Shown: positions 56,767 through 63,459 of the stretch, in pieces | Numbering within the stretch: the stretch's first letter is position 1 | How the letters are laid out: each line of letters starts with the position of its first letter | Source of the DNA: a virus | DNA: 64,000 nucleotides | IMG/VR virus record: IMGVR_UViG_3300047678_000169 | Location: 16,239 to 80,238 of that record | Direction: 5' to 3' (one strand) | Made by a program: the position numbers and the translations under genes | The notes under the pieces: model-generated | The model's database searches: none | Seen by the model: only the letters and a program-made list of their open reading frames with translations | What the model was told of the DNA's origin: nothing

Positions 56767-56841
56767 TGGTGTTCGTGGTCGAATTCGAATCGACAATACA
56801 ACCTTCGGAGGGTCGTGTGATATCCATTTCACTACACAAAC
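56767..56841 (-). tRNA. tRNA-Arg (CCG)
   Basis: CU CCG AA loop, A20. Confidence 0.85.
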
Positions 56842-56966
56842 AAAAGAGACGCTTCCGTTGTGCCGAAGCGTTAGCCATCTATTCCATAAGGTATAGAAGT
56901 TTCCGGGGATTTTTACGACGGTTTCCTCCTTGTCGGTTAATCGTGAACTCCATGTTCACAACTAAT

Positions 56967-57042
56967 TGGTGGTCACACTGGGACTCGAACCCAGAACTTC
57001 GCCTTCGCGGGACGGTATGATAATCCATTTCACTATGCAACC
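56967..57042 (-). tRNA. tRNA-Arg (GCG)
   Basis: CC GCG AA loop (C33), CCA. Confidence 0.75.
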
Positions 57043-57046
57043 AAAA

Positions 57047-57136
57047 TGGCGGAAAGGGTGGGAATCGAACCCACGAACCCGTTTAAGGATTAGAAATTTT
57101 CAAGATTTCCGCAATAGACCGCTCTGCCACCTTTCC
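57047..57136 (-). tRNA. tRNA-Ser (UGA), canonical
   Basis: Long V arm, G73. Confidence 0.92.
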
Positions 57137-57320
57137 ATCTTCATATAACCTAACAAAATCTTTTCCATACTTTGTTTCCGTGTATTCTATATATGGTTTT
57201 ATCTCATTCCCGGAACGCTTTCAGCTGCCGCCTACTAACGGACTCATCCCCTGTGTATAGAGGACAATGATGTGCTCCGACCTTTTTTGATGTATAGCTG
57301 CCACAGACAGCGATAAATAA

Positions 57321-57408
57321 TGGCGGAAAATGAGGGATTCGAACCCCCGGAGCCTTTCGACTCGGTTCTTTAGCAAAGAACTGCCATAAACCACTCGACC
57401 AATTTTCC
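57321..57408 (-). tRNA. tRNA-Ser (GCU), canonical
   Basis: Long V arm, G73. Confidence 0.92.
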
Positions 57409-57631
57409 GTAAATTAATTCGTAGTCAAGTTGCCCCACAACTACCCACCTTTAGCGCTTCAGAATAGGTTAAGTCTGAATCTGCGCCAAACTACTGAACC
57501 AGCAGCAACGCTGGACTTCGTTTAACACCCGCAAAGGGTGCCGGCCTCATTTGTCACTACGAAATAGTTTTGCCTTGCGATTGACCACTTATATGAAGCG
57601 TCCTTCAAAGGATACCAATGCACCGGAAAAG

Positions 57632-57722
57632 TGGCGGAAGATTGAGTATTCGAAACTCACCCGACTTTCATCGAGCAATCTGTTTAGCAAACAGTTCCAG
57701 CACCCTGACTGGTTAATCTTCC
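57632..57722 (-). tRNA. tRNA-Ser (GCU), 8/4-compatible
   Basis: GGAAGAUU/AAUCUUCC, AA linker, GAGU-UUCGAAU-ACUC. Confidence 0.78.
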
Positions 57723-57727
57723 ATAAA

Positions 57728-57792
57728 TGGTGGTCAAAATAGGAGTCGAACCTAAAGGATTTCTCTTATACAAAGATTTCCGCCACTTGACC
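57728..57792 (-). ncRNA. 65-nt Leu-like mini-tRNA without an anticodon arm
   Basis: GGUCAAG/UUUGACC-A-CCA plus T arm. Confidence 0.55.
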
Positions 57793-57796
57793 AAAA

Positions 57797-57871
57797 TGGT
57801 GGCCCGAGTGGGATTTGAACCCACAACCGTTCGACTATCAATCGAGTGCTCTAACATTGAGCTATCAGGCC
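57797..57871 (-). tRNA. tRNA-Ile (GAU)
   Basis: UU GAU AG loop. Confidence 0.88.
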
Positions 57872-57881
57872 GTAAATTATT

Positions 57882-57996
57882 TGGTGGACTAGGTGGGAAT
57901 CGAACCCACGTTTTCCGCTAGCGGAAGGACATTCCCACATCCCGTAATGGTGGAATGTATCGGAATCGAACCGATTATTTCTCCATAGACTAGCCC
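57882..57996 (-). ncRNA. Twin Ala-identity mini-tRNAs with swapped acceptor strands
   Basis: Two T arms and two ACCA ends; the acceptor strands pair only across the two units, both with G3.U70. Confidence 0.7.
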
Positions 57997-58001
57997 ACAA
58001 A

Positions 58002-58151
58002 TGGAGCCGATGATGGGAGTCTAACCTAGCAGATGAATTAGCTAACTTTGTCCAACTAATCAACATGTATTTTCATTGGGAGCTACCATTCCTTTCTACG
58101 ACATTTTCTTCAACTTAGAAAGTTGATGCTCTATCCTTGAGCTACACCGGC
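58002..58151 (-). tRNA. 150-nt tRNA-Arg (UCU)-like RNA with a large variable-region domain
   Basis: Normal acceptor, D and anticodon arms; ~75-nt insert. Confidence 0.7.
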
Positions 58152-58230
58152 ATAAATTATTTGGTCTGACTTGAGGGAAACACCAGACAGCACCCGATTT
58201 TTTCAACTCTCCTATTGTAGTGGCAAAAAT

Positions 58231-58305
58231 TGGTGGACCCAGAGGGAATCGAACCCTCACTTAATCGTTGCGAACGATATGTGCTACCATTATCACTATG
58301 AGCCC
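58231..58305 (-). tRNA. tRNA-Ala (CGC)
   Basis: G3.U70, UU CGC AA loop. Confidence 0.88.
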
Positions 58306-58412
58306 GAACCTGAGATTCATCACCGTTAACCGGCGCTAGGAATTGCCTCAGGCATGTTATCATCCGAAGGCCATCACTAAATTTTCATTAGGAGAGGACG
58401 TTTTTCGGAGAG

Positions 58413-58504
58413 TGGCGGAAGACTGAGTATTCGAAACTCAAGCGGGTTTAACACCGCTCTCACGACTTTCCAAGTCGGTCTAGAACCTATCTAGTTAATC
58501 TTCC
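58413..58504 (-). tRNA. tRNA-Ser (GGA), 8/4-compatible
   Basis: GGAAGAUU/AGUCUUCC, AA linker, 5-bp D stem. Confidence 0.78.
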
Positions 58505-58509
58505 AAAAG

Positions 58510-58587
58510 TGGCGGGATGTAAGAGGTTTGAACTCTCGACCTTCGCAGTGACAGTGCGACGCTCTAAACCAACTGAGCTAACACCCC
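58510..58587 (-). tRNA. tRNA-Asp (GUC)
   Basis: CU GUC AC loop, G73. Confidence 0.92.
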
Positions 58588-58672
58588 AAAATAGTTTAAC
58601 GTTCCGAAGTTTTAGTTCAGACGGCGTGATTTCTACACGCTTGATACAGCTCCGTTAATTGTCTGTATGGAA

Positions 58673-58749
58673 AGGAGTCCGTTGAGGGAATCGAACCCAC
58701 ATAACTGCCTTTTGCAGAGGCTGCCATAACCATTCTGGCCCACACGGAC
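58673..58749 (-). tRNA. tRNA-Cys (GCA), slightly atypical
   Basis: CU GCA AA loop, U73; ends in CCU. Confidence 0.72.
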
Positions 58750-58753
58750 GAAA

Positions 58754-59044
58754 TTATTTATCTACGTAGTTCATTTTGAACTCGTATTTCTTTTCAATCT
58801 TGGTTTCAGTCTTATCTGATTTGATTGATTCGATTTTATTTGATTGAATCATATCAACTCCTCCTTGAACACCAGTATAAATTCCAACTAAAAATAAAAT
58901 TGCGGTCATCATTTGTAGAACCACTTGAGTTTCTACTGTTTTGAAAGCCGCCAACATGAAGATGACATTTAAATTCAATAGAGCTACCCCAATGACCAAT
59001 GCTTTCTTACTATGACGAAGTTTTTGTCCGTGAGAAGGTGTCAT
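58754..59044 (-). CDS. 2-TM membrane protein (holin-like topology)
   Basis: Two hydrophobic helices and a charged C-terminal tail. Confidence 0.6.
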   Translation of the reverse strand: MTPSHGQKLRHSKKALVIGVALLNLNVIFMLAAFKTVETQVVLQMMTAILFLVGIYTGVQGGVDMIQSNKIESIKSDKTETKIEKKYEFKMNYVDK

Positions 59045-59163
59045 TTTACATCCTCCACATATTGAGGGACTGGAAATTCCTTACTCTTCTCAACAGGAAC
59101 CGTTTGGCATCCAACGGAGAACAATAAAGTCAAAAATAATAGTGTGTATAGTATCTTTTTCAT
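59041..59163 (-). CDS. 40-aa lipoprotein
   Basis: MKKILYTLLFLTLLFSVG-CQTVPVEKSKEFPVPQYVEDVK; ATGA overlap with the next gene. Confidence 0.65.
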   Translation of the reverse strand: MKKILYTLLFLTLLFSVGCQTVPVEKSKEFPVPQYVEDVK

Positions 59164-59164
59164 A

Positions 59165-59584
59165 TTAGAATCTAATCATCCAACAGCTCAATTTTTCTGA
59201 GCTTGAAAGTTTTGTTTCTTGTCCGTTTTGAGGTTCGATTGTCATTAATCCTTTTTCGGTCACTGCCATATTGATAGCATGACCACTTTTCATGGACTCA
59301 TTGTAATAGAAAAGTTCGCCTATAGCAATTCCTTCTTCTTTTCTTCCACTCTTAACGTGACACATTTGAGAAAAAACATAATAAGTTGATGCAAAGTTAT
59401 CACAATCCCATTTAGCTCTCCACTCACTTAGTTGATGTTCTTTCAACCAACCTTGATAAAATTCATAAAACTGACCTGTCAAATAACTCGTCGTAGGTCT
59501 AGCATAAGAACCATCACTGATAAACAGTTTTGCGTTCTTAAAGCCGGCCTCAATTATGAGTTTTTGAATGTCGTCTGTATTCAT
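59165..59584 (-). CDS. Transglutaminase/papain-like Cys peptidase domain protein
   Basis: WDCDNFA, GHAIN, IEPQ triad pattern. Confidence 0.7.
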   Translation of the reverse strand: MNTDDIQKLIIEAGFKNAKLFISDGSYARPTTSYLTGQFYEFYQGWLKEHQLSEWRAKWDCDNFASTYYVFSQMCHVKSGRKEEGIAIGELFYYNESMKSGHAINMAVTEKGLMTIEPQNGQETKLSSSEKLSCWMIRF

Positions 59585-59615
59585 TTGTTATAAATATAAT
59601 ACATACGAACGAAAA

Positions 59616-59691
59616 TGGTGCACAGTGAGGGACTCGAACCCCCGATGAACAGTATGTAACACTGCCGATTTAGCCGCTAATCTAACTATGC
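59616..59691 (-). tRNA. tRNA-Val (UAC)
   Basis: GU UAC AU loop, CCA. Confidence 0.82.
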
Positions 59692-59742
59692 GTAACTCCC
59701 CTTGTGAAAGACAAAGGGAGGTTGGTTTCTAACTTGTATTCG

Positions 59743-60099
59743 TTAAGCCTTGTCGGTTACATAAACCGGAAGGACAACCTTGACTGAGACAGCCTTTCCG
59801 TCACGAATTGCTGGAGTAAATCTCCACTGAGCAATCGCTTCGGACAGAACTGCCACGAGCTTTGGGTCAGCCTTAGAATCGGTCTTGAGACTTTCTACTA
59901 AGCCTGACGAATTTACCACGAACTCAAATGTCAATTTCGTATTTGCGAATTCGCTGTCAACAATTGGTGAAACTACTTTCACAACGGTTGGAACGGTTTC
60001 GCTTTTAGAAGCGAGTTTGATATAAGCCTCTTCACCAGTTGAAGCGTAAGCTGCAACAGCGGTGAGTAGACCAATGACTAGGATTTTTACTATTTTCAT
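59743..60099 (-). CDS. Secreted stand-alone TonB C-terminal domain protein
   Basis: Signal peptide; FVVNSSGLV...AIAQWRFTPAIRDGKAVSVKVVLP. Confidence 0.85.
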   Translation of the reverse strand: MKIVKILVIGLLTAVAAYASTGEEAYIKLASKSETVPTVVKVVSPIVDSEFANTKLTFEFVVNSSGLVESLKTDSKADPKLVAVLSEAIAQWRFTPAIRDGKAVSVKVVLPVYVTDKA

Positions 60100-60182
60100 A
60101 TGTTAGTTTCTGATTTATGGTTAATTCCATGTCTTTTGAACATGAACACATTCCTAATCATCGAGCCTCATAACTAACAAAA

Positions 60183-60256
60183 TGGCCGGGCCAGAGGGAT
60201 TCACACCCCCATCTTCACCGTAAATGGTGGAGTTCTAAATGTTAAACTACAGCCCG
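60183..60256 (-). tRNA. Degenerate tRNA (6-nt anticodon loop)
   Basis: Acceptor and CCA intact; no D-loop GG; altered T loop. Confidence 0.5.
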
Positions 60257-60260
60257 AAAA

Positions 60261-60336
60261 TGGTCAGTATGATAGGACTCGAACCTACATGTTCTCCTGT
60301 CCGAGAGGAGTCGCCAGCCTTTGGCACCACATACTG
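60261..60336 (-). tRNA. tRNA-Pro (CGG)
   Basis: C1-G72, CU CGG AC loop. Confidence 0.8.
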
Positions 60337-60350
60337 ATAAACTAAGAAAT

Positions 60351-60770
60351 AGGCTTTCGCTGTGGTTATCGACTTCCACTTCTGAGGCTTCAAATGCGAT
60401 GTGCGGGTTGCCTCCGTGTTACCAAGTAAGTCTACTTCCCCTATCCTTTATGATATTATGTCGTGTTCAACTCTTGTTGTCTGTTCGGCCCTGTCTTTCG
60501 ACTCCCCGACTCACGGTTTTTATGGTTGCCCATCGCATTGTTACGCGAAGAACCTACTAACGACCTTTACATATATTCTCAGTTACCTTGACTTACCATC
60601 ATACACTAAACGAAATGGGTGTAAGTAGAGGTCGTTAACTCTCTTGGTGAGGGGAATGACCCGTTCACAACACTTGTCAACTTACAAATTGTCAGAGACT
60701 TTTAAGTAATTAGGAGAGTCACTGTATCAACTCCAGTTCTTGTTTTTAATCGCACTGAACCACGGCGCCT
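60351..60770 (-). ncRNA. ~420-nt unidentified structured RNA
   Basis: Closing helix plus 8-9 bp internal long-range helices; no credible ORF. Confidence 0.6.
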
Positions 60771-60772
60771 TA

Positions 60773-60848
60773 TGGCTGCCTCGGCACGGTTCGAACGTGC
60801 GACCCGAAAATTAACAGTTTTCTGCTCTACCAACTGAGCTACGAGGCA
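60773..60848 (-). tRNA. tRNA-Asn (GUU)
   Basis: U1-A72, CU GUU AA loop, G73. Confidence 0.92.
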
Positions 60849-60874
60849 ATACTTAAACTCTTTCTTTGATAAAT

Positions 60875-60951
60875 TGGAGGGAAGGGGTGGATTTGAACCA
60901 CCGAATCTTTCGATTAACAATCGAGCGCTTTAACCGCTTAGCTACCGACCC
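60875..60951 (-). tRNA. tRNA-Asn (GUU), atypical acceptor
   Basis: UU GUU AA loop; mismatched acceptor, U73. Confidence 0.7.
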
Positions 60952-61105
60952 ACGAAAATTTATGCAACGTGTATTGTTCTGCGCCAGTGTTAAGGTGCAC
61001 CTGACCTGGTCGGAGACGTTTTACATTTTGCGGGAAAAACCGCTGCTACAGTCCTGTCGAACTGGGTCGTCACAAAGGTCAGCCGCTAAGCCAACCAAAT
61101 TAAAT

Positions 61106-61247
61106 TGGTAGAAACGATGGGAATCTCACCCTAGCCATGTTGTTGTCCGTATCAGACTTTAGTGCACTTATTTTCTGACGTAATCAACTCATTTGCGACA
61201 TATCGGCAGCGTAAGATGCTGCTGTTCTTTACTTAAACTACATTTCT
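61106..61247 (-). tRNA. 142-nt tRNA-Lys (CUU)-like RNA with a large variable-region domain
   Basis: GCAGC AU CUU AC GCUGC; insert shares motifs with 58002-58151. Confidence 0.65.
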
Positions 61248-61308
61248 ATAAAGTGGGCCAGATTTGTGTCGTCTTTCAGACAGGCTTGGCTGGCGGAGCC
61301 TCTCTTAG

Positions 61309-61385
61309 TGGTGGAACAGGTGGGACTCGAACCCACAACCTTGTCTTTAGGAAAGACCTGCGCTGTCCAGTTGCGCCACAATTCC
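61309..61385 (-). tRNA. tRNA-Arg (CCU)
   Basis: UU CCU AA loop, A20. Confidence 0.88.
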
Positions 61386-61391
61386 ATAAAC

Positions 61392-61476
61392 TGGCAGGAG
61401 AGGAGCGACTCGAACGCTCAATGTCTTACGACGGCAGTTTTGGAGACTGCTGCAATACCAATTATGCGACTCACCT
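61392..61476 (-). tRNA. tRNA-Trp (CCA) with a long variable arm
   Basis: CU CCA AA loop, G73, V arm GUC-GUAA-GAC. Confidence 0.82.
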
Positions 61477-61482
61477 ATAAAA

Positions 61483-62127
61483 TTATACTCTTCCTTTTCT
61501 GAATCCTCTTGGGAGCGAATCGGTTTTTAGAACTAACTTGCTAACAAGTCCGTTGGTAATCCAATGTTTTCCAAACGACGGATTTTTCTTACCGTCAAAC
61601 ATTCCTTGTTTTGCATCGCTCATTTTCTTTTTTGTTTCTTCTGAATGTTCTTTTCCTTGGAATGGATTTCCGTTTATAGACTGATATAACAGACTTCTAT
61701 TTGATAGTTTTTGAGTAAATTCTATTCTAAATTGTTCGTCGGTTTTATATTTATCCCACAATTTATTCGCCGCTGCCTTACCCATTTTTGTGTAGTGTTC
61801 TTTGGAACGATTTACTTTGTTTCCATTTTTTCCAGTTGAATTGATGTAATCATACCCACCATTTCCTCCTAATTTGATGTTGTATGTGTCATCTCTGGCA
61901 ATAAATTCTTCATCAACTATGTCGGTTTCTTTTTGGTTCATTTCTTCTTCCGTATTACACTCAAAAAGCAACTCTTTGACAAAGTGTTCTTTTCCATGTT
62001 TCTCTACTGCCCGACCAAGCAAAACTCCAGAGCCAAAATACTCATCGTCTTTGTTTTCAGTTTTGTGTTTTCCGACGTAAATTTTATTGTTCAGTTTATT
62101 GGTAATTTTGTAAATCAAGTAGTGCAT
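61483..62127 (-). CDS. Seg-like GIY-YIG homing endonuclease
   Basis: YLIYKITN..IYVGKH..YFGSG, YNIKLGG, NUMOD3 HSEETKKKMS. Confidence 0.9.
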   Translation of the reverse strand: MHYLIYKITNKLNNKIYVGKHKTENKDDEYFGSGVLLGRAVEKHGKEHFVKELLFECNTEEEMNQKETDIVDEEFIARDDTYNIKLGGNGGYDYINSTGKNGNKVNRSKEHYTKMGKAAANKLWDKYKTDEQFRIEFTQKLSNRSLLYQSINGNPFQGKEHSEETKKKMSDAKQGMFDGKKNPSFGKHWITNGLVSKLVLKTDSLPRGFRKGRV

Positions 62128-62181
62128 ACCAATAAGTATTAGTTCAATACTTCAAATCGAACCAACTTGGACTTATTATAA

Positions 62182-62268
62182 TGGGGTGATTAACGGGATT
62201 TGAACCCGCACGGATTTCTCCGCTAGATTCACAGTCTAGCGCGTCTAGCCAATTTCGCCATAACCACC
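62182..62268 (-). tRNA. tRNA-His (GUG) with a Leu-like D arm and long variable arm
   Basis: G-1/C73, CU GUG AA loop, V arm CGGA-GAAA-UCCG. Confidence 0.82.
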
Positions 62269-62273
62269 ATAAA

Positions 62274-62352
62274 TGGTCGGCCCGGTCAGATTTGAACTGA
62301 CATTATTCTTCGCCCCAAACGAAGCGCCATGACCAGATTAGGCGACGGACCG
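62274..62352 (-). tRNA. tRNA-Pro (UGG)
   Basis: UU UGG GG loop. Confidence 0.9.
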
Positions 62353-62467
62353 ATAAACTGTTCTAACACTACATACATATCATGAAGTGTCAATAAAATT
62401 GCGACGTGATAAGGTATTTCGTCACCACCAAGGGGCCACCCTCATTTCACCTTGTCAGGAATGGTAA

Positions 62468-63013
62468 TCAAAGTTGTTCTTTGAGTTTCGTAAATCTTTT
62501 ATAATTTCCGCCTTTTGGCGTTAATCCCACTTTGATGAGAGCCTGTCTTATTGACGACGAATTTTTTAGAGCTTCAATCGCTTCATTGTCAGTAACTCTT
62601 TTACAAGAACGTTTATTTCGACCTCTCCAAGTCGGAGTAATGCTATGACAGTTTGGACAAATTGCTATGTAATTTTCTCTCGTGTAGTTGTCGTGATTTC
62701 CGTCAACGTGGTCAAGTTCTAAAGCCAATCTGTGACCCAGCCACTCAGTCAATTTACACTTTCCACATGCTCCACCTTGTTCTTCTATACATCTATCTCT
62801 CTTCTTCCACAAAGTCAGAGAATCAAAGTCAGCTGACAATAACTTTTGTTTCCAAGTATCTTTTACTTTTTCTATTCTCTTGGTTTCGGTTTTTTGTCTT
62901 GACGATGCTATCTTTGTTTTGTATTCCAAATATTTCTTTGGGTCAGATTTTAGATTATCTAGCCAAGTATAATAACCACTTCTTATTTTATCTTTTGTTT
63001 CTTGAGTGTGCAT
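62468..63013 (-). CDS. HNH homing endonuclease
   Basis: CGKC..WLG..LELDHVDGNHDNYTREN..ICPNCHS. Confidence 0.88.
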   Translation of the reverse strand: MHTQETKDKIRSGYYTWLDNLKSDPKKYLEYKTKIASSRQKTETKRIEKVKDTWKQKLLSADFDSLTLWKKRDRCIEEQGGACGKCKLTEWLGHRLALELDHVDGNHDNYTRENYIAICPNCHSITPTWRGRNKRSCKRVTDNEAIEALKNSSSIRQALIKVGLTPKGGNYKRFTKLKEQL

Positions 63014-63076
63014 GTTAAACTATCATTTTCAGTTTCATATAAATATATGACAGTTAGATGAAAACACAAGAAAATA

Positions 63077-63160
63077 TGGTGGTGTCGGTGGGACTCGAAC
63101 CCACGATGTTTGTATTTCGGCTTAAAAGGCCGAACCAATCGCCGCTATGGGGACGACACC
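63077..63160 (-). tRNA. tRNA-Lys (UUU) with an extended variable region
   Basis: CU UUU AA loop; 12-nt V region. Confidence 0.8.
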
Positions 63161-63286
63161 ATATAAAATGGGCTCGTATCGCAGAGCACCGATGCCGTCA
63201 TCAGTAAGCGTCCGTCTTTCACGGAAGGAGAATCAGTTGGATTCTCCGGATTGGATTGTTCATTTGAACCCAACCTCAGTTGTAAT

Positions 63287-63373
63287 TGGTGCTCCGGGAG
63301 CGACTCGAACCCCCGTTGGTTATTACACATCGGCTTAAAAGGCTAAACTATTCGCCGCTATAGGAACCGAAGC
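63287..63373 (-). tRNA. tRNA-Lys (UUU) with an extended variable region
   Basis: CU UUU AA loop; 15-nt V region. Confidence 0.72.
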
Positions 63374-63384
63374 AAAATCTAAAA

Positions 63385-63459
63385 TGGTGGACCTGAAGGG
63401 AATCGAACCCTTACCTGTTGAATGCAAATCAACTGTGCTGCCATTATCACTACAAGCCC
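63385..63459 (-). tRNA. tRNA-Ala (UGC)
   Basis: G3.U70, UU UGC AU loop. Confidence 0.9.

Noticed and set aside
60183-60256. Ochre (UUA) suppressor tRNA or alternative genetic code
   Set aside because: The loop is 6 nt and the D/T loops are degenerate; long ORFs are intact in code 11, and TAA, TGA and TAG all serve as stops.
63190-63215. Hammerhead ribozyme (CUGAUGA seen)
   Set aside because: No correctly placed GAAA or stem III / cleavage triplet.
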